This document shows positions 9,191 to 18,053 of a stretch of DNA of 35,212 nt, one piece after another. Under the pieces are notes generated by a model. That model was not told the DNA's origin. It was given only the letters and a program-made list of their open reading frames with translations, and made no database searches. The DNA comes from Nitrososphaerota archaeon (lineage in GTDB: Archaea > Iainarchaeota > Iainarchaeia > Iainarchaeales > VGJJ01): NCBI GenBank assembly GCA_020053155.1, contig JAGVNS010000158.1, positions 1 to 35,212 on the forward strand. Reading direction: 5' to 3'. Numbering within the stretch: the stretch's first letter is position 1; every line of letters begins with the position of its first letter. A program made the position numbers and the translations under genes.

Positions 9191-10786
9191 ATGAAAAACG
9201 ATATTCCGGTTTGGGTGTGGGTACTCATTATTGGCCTGCCCTTGCTTTCTTCCCTGCCCATTTTGGGGGGATATCTAGCCAGCAGTCCCCCGGAACGCGT
9301 ATTCATGGGATTTGATTTCATTGACGATTTTCACTATTATGGGAATTACATCCATTCGTATGAAAACAATCCGTTGGATTTTTTTATTCTTAACCGCTCC
9401 ACATCCGAAAATCAGGATGGGCGTTTCTTTTTTCCTTATTTTTGGATTACGGGATTGGTGAGCACGGGAGTGGGGGTGGCGCTCGCCCTTGCATTCATGC
9501 GCATCCTCACGGGGATTATTCTCCTTTTCTTGGTATGGAAAATTTTGGAATACTTTTTTCCAGAACCCTTCTGGAGAAAAACAGCTTTTGTGTTAGCGTG
9601 TTTGGGAGCAGGTTTTGGGTGGATTACACACGTTTTAGGAATTTTCATTCCTGCGCTGGGAAAATTGTATTCCACCGACCTAACCTACTCGTTGGGGTAT
9701 AGTTTGTTCGGGTACTTGAGCTTCCCCCTCGCCATCGCGGGAGAGGCGTTATTTTTAGCCGGTCTCCTTTCTCTTTTTTTATTTTTGGAAAAAAAAGACA
9801 AAAAATACGCGTTTTTTTTCGGTCTGTCATTAATAGGAATTTTTTTTACCCATCCCGTGAGCGCCGTTACTTTTTTTCCCGTGTTTTTAGGAGGTGCGTT
9901 GTTATATTTAGTCCAAAATCCTTCGCATAAAGAGATTTTATCATTCAAAAATGTCGGGTTGGCATTTGCGGGAGCCCTGGTCCTCATTGGAATGTACGTA
10001 TGGTGGGCGTTACAGGACCCCGTTTTTCAATCGGTTTTCTTTTCGTATGGGCTTTGGCAACGAAGCGAAAGCCCCTTCTGGTGGATTTTGGGGTATGGGC
10101 TCATTCTCCTCTTTGCCCTATTGGGAGTGCGAACCCTGCAAATCGAAAACAAGCATGCGCGGGCATTCTTTTGGGCATGGTTATTGGTCATTCTCGTGCT
10201 GAGTTTGAATCCATGGAAGGGACTGCGCTTCCAGCATGCGCTTTTCATTCCATTGGTGATTCTGGCAACCTCTGGTATTCGGAGCGCATGGGATTGGATT
10301 CAAAAAAGCCCATATTCATCATGGGTCAAAACCCGGAACGCATGGGTGGGATTGATTTTAGTGATTATGGTCCCTGGAGTATTGTTCACGCTCGCCAACC
10401 ATATAAAGGACGTGCAGAATCCTTCCTTTCACAGCGGACCTTTTTTGTCACAGGAACAGATTGACGCACTAGAATTTTTAGAGGGTCAACGACCCGGAAT
10501 CGTTTTGTCCAATTACAAACTAGGGAACAATTTGATTTGGATGACTTCACATTATGCGTACTTAGGTCACTGGAATCAAACAACGGATAGGGAAGAAAAG
10601 ACTCTAAATGTGGAATCGTTTTTCAATGGAAAGATGACCACAACGCAAGCCATTTCATTTATTGCCACTGAAAAAATAAATTACATTCTGCGCGAGGGAA
10701 CGGAAACCATCCCCCCCCAACTTAATGGAGTGGAACGCATTTATCAGAACGGGACCCTTTTCATATATCGGGTGGCCGCGCCGTGA
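9191..10786 (+). CDS. Polytopic membrane protein with soluble C-terminal domain, GT-C-like candidate
   Basis: A 531-aa protein with more than 10 hydrophobic segments. It has an acidic first loop 'FMGFDFIDDFHYYGNY' after TM1 and a C-terminal non-membrane domain of about 120 aa. It lies in the same operon as the rSAM and a flippase-like gene. Confidence 0.65.
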   Translation: MKNDIPVWVWVLIIGLPLLSSLPILGGYLASSPPERVFMGFDFIDDFHYYGNYIHSYENNPLDFFILNRSTSENQDGRFFFPYFWITGLVSTGVGVALALAFMRILTGIILLFLVWKILEYFFPEPFWRKTAFVLACLGAGFGWITHVLGIFIPALGKLYSTDLTYSLGYSLFGYLSFPLAIAGEALFLAGLLSLFLFLEKKDKKYAFFFGLSLIGIFFTHPVSAVTFFPVFLGGALLYLVQNPSHKEILSFKNVGLAFAGALVLIGMYVWWALQDPVFQSVFFSYGLWQRSESPFWWILGYGLILLFALLGVRTLQIENKHARAFFWAWLLVILVLSLNPWKGLRFQHALFIPLVILATSGIRSAWDWIQKSPYSSWVKTRNAWVGLILVIMVPGVLFTLANHIKDVQNPSFHSGPFLSQEQIDALEFLEGQRPGIVLSNYKLGNNLIWMTSHYAYLGHWNQTTDREEKTLNVESFFNGKMTTTQAISFIATEKINYILREGTETIPPQLNGVERIYQNGTLFIYRVAAP

Positions 10787-11748
10787 ATTTCATAGTATCA
10801 TTTTTATCCAATCGAATCGTGCGCGCGGCCCTCGCCATTATTTTGATTGGGGGGGTTATTGTGTTGGCGAACCCCCTTGAATCCTTACCCGTTATTCTGG
10901 AGGCAGGACCCGCGTTACTGCTCTGGTTAGTGGGGGGATTCATTGGAATCATTATTGTCAATGCGTTAAGTGTGTGGTGGGTCTTGGGATTGAGGCATGG
11001 CATTTCACTCATTCGTATTTTGCGTCATTATGCGTGCAGTTGGAGCACTGAGTTCTATTTTCCTGGCAAATTAGGAATGTTTTCCCTGACCTACTTTCTA
11101 AAAAAAGAGAACGTGGAAGTGGGGGAAAGCGTGGCGGCTATTTTATTGATTAAAATGACCATGCTGATATGGCTATTCGCGTTGAGTTTGCTGGCGGTGG
11201 GAAATCTCCTAACCGCAAACGATTTTTTACTCTATTTAGGGACGCTTGTCATTGTCATTGGGGGGTTGGGAATCCTTTTTTTGACGGAGGGAGGGAGACA
11301 TTTTGTTCGGTATACCATCCTTGGGAAACATGCGGCTCACTTTGTTGGGTTTTCGAAGCTGGTTAAAACCGTTATTCAGCGCCCCACCCAATGGATGGGG
11401 TTGTTTATCCTCGTCTTTTTGAGCATTTTAATGAATGGAATCATGGTTCAAGGATTGTTTGCCGAGGTGGGATACCCACTCGATTTACTGACCATATTGG
11501 GGGTTGTTTCCTCTACCATTTTAGTGGGATTAATTCCACTCACCCTCAACGGGTTAGGCGTCAAAGAGGGTGCATTGATCGTACTCATGAGCTTGCATGG
11601 CGTTCCAACGGAAATCGCCGCGAGTGTAGGGTTGTTGAGTACCGCTACGGGGTACGTAATGTCCCTCCTCATTATGGCGTTCGTTTTGAAAGAAATTCCA
11701 TCTGTCCTTTTGAAAGGAGAAATGCCTCATGCGCGTCGCCCTGCTTAG
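10783..11748 (+). CDS. Flippase-like integral membrane protein (LPG_synthase_TM / UPF0104-like)
   Basis: GTG start in a GTGA overlap with the upstream stop. An 8-TM-like profile with 'FPGKLGMFSLTYFL' in the position of the family's P-G-R-x-G-D/E motif. It is a paralog-like counterpart of 26341..27342. Confidence 0.6.
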   Translation: MNFIVSFLSNRIVRAALAIILIGGVIVLANPLESLPVILEAGPALLLWLVGGFIGIIIVNALSVWWVLGLRHGISLIRILRHYACSWSTEFYFPGKLGMFSLTYFLKKENVEVGESVAAILLIKMTMLIWLFALSLLAVGNLLTANDFLLYLGTLVIVIGGLGILFLTEGGRHFVRYTILGKHAAHFVGFSKLVKTVIQRPTQWMGLFILVFLSILMNGIMVQGLFAEVGYPLDLLTILGVVSSTILVGLIPLTLNGLGVKEGALIVLMSLHGVPTEIAASVGLLSTATGYVMSLLIMAFVLKEIPSVLLKGEMPHARRPA

Positions 11749-12826
11749 CCCCCGCTCTCCGGTGTCGAACGCGGCCGGAATCGAGCAAAACATTCACCAC
11801 GTTTCGCACTATTTGAGCAAAAAGGGAGTAAATGTTGAGGTCTTTTGTACGACGTTTCACGCTCAACGAACGCTTACCCGGGATGGGATTTCCATTCATG
11901 AATTTCCAGCATTTGCACCTAAGGATAACTACTTTCTTTCCACCCCCCTCTATCACGCCCTGCGAAAATGGGAGGGGGGTATCGTCCATTGCAACGGCTA
12001 CAACAATTTAGTGAGCGTGGTGGGAATAATGGCCAAAAAAAAGAACCAAAAACTGGTGTTTACGCTGAACAGCAGTGGCTCCTCTTCCCGTCTACGAGAA
12101 TTACTCCACATTCCCCTCGCGTGGTTTTATCATTTCAATCGAAAAAAAATAGACCATTTGGTGTGCGTCTCAAAATGGGAGCATGAACGGCTCGCTCCCA
12201 CGTTTGGGTTGAATAAAAAGGATGTTTCCATCATTCCCAATGGCATTTCCTTATCGGAATTCAAAAAGAAAGGGAAACGAAAAAAAGGAAAAATTCTGAG
12301 CGTCGGGAGATTAGTCAAAAACAAGGGAATGCATCACCTCATCGCGGCATTTGCGCACGTTCAAAAAGAAATGCCCGAGGCCCAACTTCACATTGTGGGA
12401 GAGGGACCCCAACGTGAAGAATTGGAACAACAAGCCCACGCGTTGGGTTTGAAATCAAACGTGTTTTTCCATGGAAACATTGGTTTTGAGGAACGCGAAA
12501 CGCTGTTGGAACATTATCGCACGGCTTCCCTTTTTTCTCTGTTGACGGAATACGAGAGTCAGGGAATCGTTTTCGCGGAAGCCGCAGCGGCAGGGCTTCC
12601 CATGGCAATCCCAAACAAAGGAGTCATGCGCGAATATGTGGAAGCTGGCCTTGCTGAGGGAATTCAGGATGGGTTTAATTCGGAGGAAGTGAGTAGGGTG
12701 TTGGTTCGATTATTACGGAAAAAAAGGAGTGCCAAAAAGCCATCCCTAAAACCCCTCATTTGGGATTGGAAAGAAGTGGGAGCGGCCGTGCATCATTTAT
12801 ACCAAAAGCTCGAGAAGGAATCCTAG
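11729..12826 (+). CDS. Glycosyltransferase family 4
   Basis: 'MRVALLSPRSP...GIEQNIHHVSHYL', 'ILSVGRLVKNKGMHHLI' and the EX7E region 'LLTEYESQGIVFAEAAAAGLPMA'. The SD-like 'AGGAG' sits about 10 nt upstream of the ATG. Confidence 0.85.
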   Translation: MRVALLSPRSPVSNAAGIEQNIHHVSHYLSKKGVNVEVFCTTFHAQRTLTRDGISIHEFPAFAPKDNYFLSTPLYHALRKWEGGIVHCNGYNNLVSVVGIMAKKKNQKLVFTLNSSGSSSRLRELLHIPLAWFYHFNRKKIDHLVCVSKWEHERLAPTFGLNKKDVSIIPNGISLSEFKKKGKRKKGKILSVGRLVKNKGMHHLIAAFAHVQKEMPEAQLHIVGEGPQREELEQQAHALGLKSNVFFHGNIGFEERETLLEHYRTASLFSLLTEYESQGIVFAEAAAAGLPMAIPNKGVMREYVEAGLAEGIQDGFNSEEVSRVLVRLLRKKRSAKKPSLKPLIWDWKEVGAAVHHLYQKLEKES

Positions 12827-13501
12827 ATGTCGCTCAAGAAAGGAGAGTACGCCCCCTTCGTGGAATTTGACCAAAAAATGTCGGCCAAGCTCAAACCTCA
12901 ATTGGAAGAATGGTTTGCATCCATGCGTGGGAAAAACGTCCTGGATATTGGATGTGGGAGCGGGGACGTGGGGGCATTGTTGAGAGGGCGAATGGACGTG
13001 TATGGGGTGGACGAGCAATCCCTTGCGTTGAAAGCCGCCCAAACAAAAGGAATCAAAACAAAATTATCCTCCATTGAAAAGAATCTCCCTTACCCTTCTT
13101 CTTTCTTCGACAACGTCATTTGCAAAGATGTATTTGAACACTTGGTGCACCCCCACGACCTACTCAGGGAAATTCATCGTGTGTTGAAGGGCGGGGGAAA
13201 ATTATACGCTCACGTTCCCAATCAGTTTACGCTGTTGGACCGGATTCAAATTTTTGGGGGGAGAAGCATGGTGGTAAAACGTTGGTTTGAAGGAAGCGAG
13301 GAATGGAACTTTCCCCATTTGCGTTTTTTTACTCATTCGGGGTTTAGGGAGTTCCTGGAGAGTAATGGGTTTGAAGTAGAGAAAGAGTATTCGAATATCT
13401 GGAGTTACTCAATAGGAGGGGGAATGAATACCCGCTCTTTAAGCGGATTGTCCCCCGGACTTTTTTCTCCCGGGTTCACGTTTACTTGCCGGAAGAAGTA
13501 G
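12827..13501 (+). CDS. Class I SAM-dependent methyltransferase (Methyltransf_11-like)
   Basis: 'VLDIGCGSGDVGALL' and 'FDNVICKDVFEHLVHPHDLLREIHRVLKGGGKLYAHVPN'. The ATG directly abuts the upstream TAG. Confidence 0.85.
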   Translation: MSLKKGEYAPFVEFDQKMSAKLKPQLEEWFASMRGKNVLDIGCGSGDVGALLRGRMDVYGVDEQSLALKAAQTKGIKTKLSSIEKNLPYPSSFFDNVICKDVFEHLVHPHDLLREIHRVLKGGGKLYAHVPNQFTLLDRIQIFGGRSMVVKRWFEGSEEWNFPHLRFFTHSGFREFLESNGFEVEKEYSNIWSYSIGGGMNTRSLSGLSPGLFSPGFTFTCRKK

Positions 13502-15089
13502 CGGTTATTTCGGACGCAGGAATGACTTCCTTATTTTTGGGTTTAGAGGAATAGGGAGAAACGTTCTTGGCAATCATTCGGGGCAATCGGTCGAACACCA
13601 GGAATTTTCCAAGCGTAAAAAAGGATTTGGCATAATCCATTTTTCTGGAACTGCGGGCCATCTGGCGGAGTATCATTTTCATGGACGTAGAAGGGGTTAA
13701 TTGTTGCAAGGGAGAATTGAAGCGAATGTTATCCTCCGAAACCAGCTTGTCCAAATCCAGCGAGTGCTTTGCTACGACAAATTTGGTGGGCATTTTCCAT
13801 TCCGCTTCTTTGAAATAATGGTAATCCTCTTTTCCACTGGCAATCTCATCGTATATTTGGGAACCCGGGTAGGGGGTCATGAGCCCAAACGAAACGGTGG
13901 TGGGTTTTATTTTGGCAATCAGTTCCTGATTCATGCGAACGTCTTCCTGGGTTTCACCGGGGAGGTTGTACATCATGTTGGCAAACGTACGGATTCCCAA
14001 TTTATGGCAAATTTCAAATGCTTGGTGGATTTTCTCTACCTTACAATTCTTGTTCACCGCATCCAGCATGGCCTGGGAACCGGATTCCACTCCAAAATCG
14101 ATTTGAATGCAGCCCGCTTTTTGCATCCACGTCAACAATTCCTCATCCACTTTATCCACGCGCGTCTCTGCTCCCCAAACAAAGGGTATTTTTCGCTCAA
14201 TGAATTCCTTACAAATGTCAATGACGTGGGATTTCCAGACACAAAAATCGTCATCATAAAAATAAATCCCATCCACGTTGTATTTTTTGACCAATAACTC
14301 TACTTCATCTGCCACCGCTTTGGCGGAGCGAAAACGAATGGGTTTTTTGGTTTCATTGTATCGCCAAACGGAGGGAATGGCACAAAACGTGCAGTGTGCG
14401 GGACACCCGCGCGAGGCAAACACATACATGGATGCCAATGGGAAATAGCGAATGGCATAGGGATTAGGCTGCGTGTAGAAGGACATGTCCACTCGCTCAT
14501 AGGCGGGCATGGGTACGTTATCCAATGGTTCGATGAGGGGACGGAGGAGGGTTTTTTGAATATGGTCCTTTTCCCAAAATGAAATGCTTTGAATGGAATG
14601 AAACGCTTCTCCTTGTTTTTGGTCCAGAATGGCACGCGTCAATTCCCTAAAGGTTTCCTCTCCCTCCCCAACAACCACGTAATCAATGGGGCTGTTTTCA
14701 AAAATGAAATCTTCCGGGGCCAAGGATGAATGTTGTCCCCCCACGATTATTGTAGTGTTTATTTCAGATTTGATTCGTTTGGCAAAAGAGAGAGTGTAAT
14801 CCACTTCGTGCGTGAACGTTCCCATTCCCACCATGGTGGGGCGCATGTCTTTCAGCATTTCTATTATTTTTTCTTCTAACTCACGCGCTTTGGGGCTCTC
14901 TAGTTCAAGTATTTTCAAATCCTTGACTTTCAGGTCAATCAGTTCAACGGAAATTCCGTGCTTTTCAAGATAGGAACAAATGGTCATGAGTCCGAGGGGA
15001 GGTCTCGTACTGTGCGCCCGGCTTGGAAGGGAAATCAGACAAATGTCGGGGTGTTCATGAATCCTGTGGGATTTTTTTTCCTCAACCAT
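13482..15089 (-). CDS. Cobalamin-binding-domain radical SAM enzyme (class B rSAM family)
   Basis: 'IIVGGQHSSLAP...DYVVVGEGEETFRELT', a CX3CX2C motif 'SRGCPAHCTFC', and 'IDFGVESGSQAML'. Its 3' end overlaps the convergent methyltransferase by 20 nt. Confidence 0.9.
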   Translation of the reverse strand: MVEEKKSHRIHEHPDICLISLPSRAHSTRPPLGLMTICSYLEKHGISVELIDLKVKDLKILELESPKARELEEKIIEMLKDMRPTMVGMGTFTHEVDYTLSFAKRIKSEINTTIIVGGQHSSLAPEDFIFENSPIDYVVVGEGEETFRELTRAILDQKQGEAFHSIQSISFWEKDHIQKTLLRPLIEPLDNVPMPAYERVDMSFYTQPNPYAIRYFPLASMYVFASRGCPAHCTFCAIPSVWRYNETKKPIRFRSAKAVADEVELLVKKYNVDGIYFYDDDFCVWKSHVIDICKEFIERKIPFVWGAETRVDKVDEELLTWMQKAGCIQIDFGVESGSQAMLDAVNKNCKVEKIHQAFEICHKLGIRTFANMMYNLPGETQEDVRMNQELIAKIKPTTVSFGLMTPYPGSQIYDEIASGKEDYHYFKEAEWKMPTKFVVAKHSLDLDKLVSEDNIRFNSPLQQLTPSTSMKMILRQMARSSRKMDYAKSFFTLGKFLVFDRLPRMIAKNVSPYSSKPKNKEVIPASEITATSSGK

Positions 15090-15113
15090 ATATGAATATC
15101 CCGCCTCACGCGC

Positions 15114-16139
15114 CTATAAAGAGTTTGAGTGTGTTGGGAGTACCTTTTCAAGCATGCTCCGTCGCCACGCGAGCAACTGCATTTCCTGAAGCTGGCGTTG
15201 CTGCTTGAGCATGGACCCGATAAGACCCATGATGGCAAACTGGAAACCCAAAAGGAGGCAGAGAACAGTGAAGACCGCGCTGGGAAGATATGGTTCAATG
15301 GCTCCCGTATTCAAAAATTGGGAAATGACGCGACTGCCCGAAAGGAGACCCACGAGGATAATAGCCCCTCCCATCGTGAAAAACGTACGCAGGGGATGGT
15401 ATCGAAGCATTCCTAATAGGAGCGTAGCGCTCGCGCGTCGGGCATAACTCCAGACCGAACCAAAGAGCCTATTTTCTCCATCCATTCGTTTTCGGAAAGT
15501 GATGGGAATCTCTTCGATGCAGAGATTTTTGTCTACCACCTCGAGAATGGTTTCCTGCGTATACGTAAAATTGGACAACACGTTTAATCGCAGGGCGGCA
15601 TCCCGCGTAAATGCGCGAAAACCCGTTTGACCATCGCTCACATTTGCACCCGAGACGAAATTAACGGCCCATGTCGCCATTTTGTTTCCCCAATATTTTC
15701 CAAAAGACATGTGCTCAATGTGTCCCAGGAAACGGGAACCCAGCACCATGTCTGCACGCTTGTGCAAAATGGGTTCAATCAAATGTGGAATTTGGGACTG
15801 GTCGTATTGATTGTCTCCATCCGTATTCACAATGACATCTGCCCCTAATTTGAGGGCGGTATCAATGCCCTTACGGAATGAATAGGCTAACCCTTGGCGG
15901 GAGGCATTGGAAATGATGAGCGCCCCTGCTTCCGTGGCTTTGGGGACGGTGCGGTCCACGCTTCCATCGTCAATGACAAGGGGAATAACCACATCCACCC
16001 CTCGCATCTCTCGGGGAATGCTTTCAATAACCGCCTTAATGGTGGCCTCTTCGTTATGGGCAGGAATCATTACCACTACTTTGACTCCCGATTTGGGTTT
16101 CAGTTCAGCTGCCAATTTTGCGGAGGTTCGAAGGACCAT
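15114..16139 (-). CDS. GT2 glycosyltransferase, GtrB/DPM1-like polyprenyl-phosphate sugar synthase with C-terminal TM helices
   Basis: The ORF track start at 16157 is a TTG. The ATG at 16139 (MVLRTSAKL...) sits 27.5 nt downstream of a TATA-like box. 'VVVMIPAHNEEATI', 'VIDDGSVDRT', 'VNTDGDNQY', and the C-terminal 'GGAIILVGLLSG...LLGFQFAIMGLIGSML'. Confidence 0.85.
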   Translation of the reverse strand: MVLRTSAKLAAELKPKSGVKVVVMIPAHNEEATIKAVIESIPREMRGVDVVIPLVIDDGSVDRTVPKATEAGALIISNASRQGLAYSFRKGIDTALKLGADVIVNTDGDNQYDQSQIPHLIEPILHKRADMVLGSRFLGHIEHMSFGKYWGNKMATWAVNFVSGANVSDGQTGFRAFTRDAALRLNVLSNFTYTQETILEVVDKNLCIEEIPITFRKRMDGENRLFGSVWSYARRASATLLLGMLRYHPLRTFFTMGGAIILVGLLSGSRVISQFLNTGAIEPYLPSAVFTVLCLLLGFQFAIMGLIGSMLKQQRQLQEMQLLAWRRSMLEKVLPTHSNSL

Positions 16140-16162
16140 ATACTTGGAATGGTCCAACGAGC

Positions 16163-16170
16163 ATTAAAAA
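16163..16170 (-). promoter_or_regulatory. TATA-like box for the minus-strand GT2-rSAM operon
   Basis: The plus strand reads 'ATTAAAAA'. It is centred 27.5 nt upstream of ATG 16139, which implies a leaderless transcript. Confidence 0.45.
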
Positions 16171-16216
16171 GAGCATCCCTCTCCTACACGGGTATTGCAA
16201 TCATTGTACCAATAGC

Positions 16217-16225
16217 CTATATAAT
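16217..16225 (+). promoter_or_regulatory. TATA-like box (CTATATAAT) for the rfbB-led plus-strand operon
   Basis: A/T-rich element about 46-54 nt upstream of ATG 16271, and about 31-39 nt upstream of the alternative ATG at 16256. Confidence 0.4.
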
Positions 16226-16270
16226 CGCGTCAACCCAGCCTTTTTCAACCTATAGATGGGGTATTCCTGT

Positions 16271-17269
16271 ATGCGAATTCTAGTTACGGGAGGGTGTGGT
16301 TTCATTGGAAGTCATTACATTCGAAAGCACCTCCAAACGCATTCAGACGACCAAATCGTCAACCTGGACGCCCTCACGTATGCGGGAAGAAAGGAAAACC
16401 TGTTGGATGTGGAAAATAATTCCCACTACACGTTCATTCATGGAAATATCTGCGACCCCAACATGGTAAAAAAAGCCATGGGGGGGTGCGACCAAGTGGT
16501 TCATTTTGCGGCGGAGACGCAAGTGGATAAGGGGATTGAAGACCCGAGCATTTTTCTCAAAACCAACGTCATGGGAACATATACGTTACTTGAAGAGGCC
16601 CGAAAGCAAAACATCCAAAAATTTATTACAATCTCGACGGATGAAGTGTATGGTCACATTTTGGAGGGAAGCTTCACTGAAAAAAGCCTGCTCAATCCCC
16701 GCAATCCCTACGCGGCATCCAAAGTGGGGGGGGAGCGCTTGGCGTACAGTTATTCCCAAACCTATGGATTGGATGTCTCCATCACCCGATGCTCCAACAA
16801 TTACGGCCCCTACCAATACCCAGACAAGGTCATTCCCGTTTTTCTCATCCGCTTGTTGAGCGGGAAAAAAGTTCCATTGTATGGAGATGGACTTCATGTC
16901 CGGGACTGGTTATATGTTGAAGACCACTGTGCGGGTATCGAACGCGTGCGTGAACGTGGAAAAAAGGGGGAAGTATACAACATTGGCGGGGGAACCGAAA
17001 TGACTAATTTGGAGCTCACCAAAACACTGCTTGCTGCCGTAGGAAAAACAGAAAACGAAATAGAGTGGGTGGAAGATAGGCCTGGGCATGATAGGCGGTA
17101 CAGCTTAGACATTACCAAAATAGCGAATGAATTAGGATACAAGCCTCACTATCCCTTCAAGGAAGGATTGGCCTACACCATTGAGTGGTACAAAAAGAAT
17201 GAAGGATGGTGGATGCCCCTCCTCAACGAAAAAGCATCGTTTGCTACCAACTGGAAAAAGGTGCAATAA
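16271..17269 (+). CDS. rfbB: dTDP-glucose 4,6-dehydratase
   Basis: 'MRILVTGGCGFIGSHY', 'STDEVYG', the YxxxK motif 'YAASKVGGE', and 'RPGHDRRYSLD'. The start was moved from 16256 to the ATG just before the GxxGxxG motif. Confidence 0.9.
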   Translation: MRILVTGGCGFIGSHYIRKHLQTHSDDQIVNLDALTYAGRKENLLDVENNSHYTFIHGNICDPNMVKKAMGGCDQVVHFAAETQVDKGIEDPSIFLKTNVMGTYTLLEEARKQNIQKFITISTDEVYGHILEGSFTEKSLLNPRNPYAASKVGGERLAYSYSQTYGLDVSITRCSNNYGPYQYPDKVIPVFLIRLLSGKKVPLYGDGLHVRDWLYVEDHCAGIERVRERGKKGEVYNIGGGTEMTNLELTKTLLAAVGKTENEIEWVEDRPGHDRRYSLDITKIANELGYKPHYPFKEGLAYTIEWYKKNEGWWMPLLNEKASFATNWKKVQ

Positions 17270-18039
17270 TGATGAAAGGAATCATTCTGGCAGGGGGGCA
17301 AGGAACCCGACTTCGACCGTTGACTAAAGTCACAAACAAGCACTTGTTGCCCATCTACAAGTGGCCCATGATATACTACCCCTTGCACACCCTCATTGAT
17401 GCGGGAATAAAGGAAATACTCATCATTTCGGGACAGGACACCCTGCCCGAGCTCATTGATTTGCTTGGAGACGGAAACGATTTTGGGGTGGACCTAACGT
17501 ATAGGGTACAAATGGTTCCCGGGGGAATTCCCCACGCCATTGCAGTCGCTGAAAAGTTTGTGGGAACGGACAAGTTTCTTTCCATCCATGGGGACAACAT
17601 CATCCTGGACAGCGTCCAAAGCCATGTGGAATTGTTCAAGAAAGGAAAAGAGGAATGCCGATTGGTTTTAGTGGAAACAACCCCCGAAGCGGCCCAAAAA
17701 TCGGGTGTGGTAGAATTCGATGCCAAAGGAAACGTAAAAGGATTCGTTGAAAAATCACCCAATCCCCCCAGTCAGTGGGTCGTGACCGGGCTCTACATGT
17801 TAACCCCTGCCGTGTTTGACCTCATCCGCACATTCAAACCCAGTGGGAGGGGAGAAATAGAATCAACCGATTTGTACAACGCGTTTCTGCAGCGCAAAAC
17901 CCTTGCCGTAAGCAAACTCAAAGATGGATGGATTGACGCGGGGACGTTTGACGATTTGGTCACGACCAACCGGTACATGCAGGAACACTTCGAAAAAAGC
18001 GTCTTTGCACCCTATGCGGCAAAGTATTCCAAAGGATAA
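17269..18039 (+). CDS. rfbA: Glucose-1-phosphate thymidylyltransferase-like sugar nucleotidyltransferase (short form)
   Basis: 'MMKGIILAGGQGTRLRPLTKVTNKHLLPI' and 'GIPHAIAVAE'. The ATG overlaps the rfbB stop (TAATG at 17267..17271). The ORF-track N-terminal extension from 17206 lies inside rfbB and was rejected. Confidence 0.8.
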   Translation: MMKGIILAGGQGTRLRPLTKVTNKHLLPIYKWPMIYYPLHTLIDAGIKEILIISGQDTLPELIDLLGDGNDFGVDLTYRVQMVPGGIPHAIAVAEKFVGTDKFLSIHGDNIILDSVQSHVELFKKGKEECRLVLVETTPEAAQKSGVVEFDAKGNVKGFVEKSPNPPSQWVVTGLYMLTPAVFDLIRTFKPSGRGEIESTDLYNAFLQRKTLAVSKLKDGWIDAGTFDDLVTTNRYMQEHFEKSVFAPYAAKYSKG

Positions 18040-18053
18040 AAACGAGGAACAGC

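Noticed and set aside
9191-10786. 'SPFWWILGYG' in the second polytopic protein could be the WWDYG motif of an AglB/STT3 oligosaccharyltransferase.
   Set aside because: The segment is embedded in a hydrophobic helix and lacks the Asp. The protein is also much shorter than STT3/AglB and has no DK/MI-type motif, so I treat it as a generic GT-C-like protein.
13701-14297. Long antisense or shadow ORFs inside confirmed genes. Examples are 13701..14297 (+), 8373..8882 (-), 34535..35077 (+), 4073..4561 (-), 22667..23074 (-), 29379..29759 (-) and 2878..3303 (-).
   Set aside because: Their translations are low-complexity, with Arg/Pro/Gly/Ser-rich or hydrophobic nonsense. They lack motifs and lie opposite ORFs with clear family signatures.
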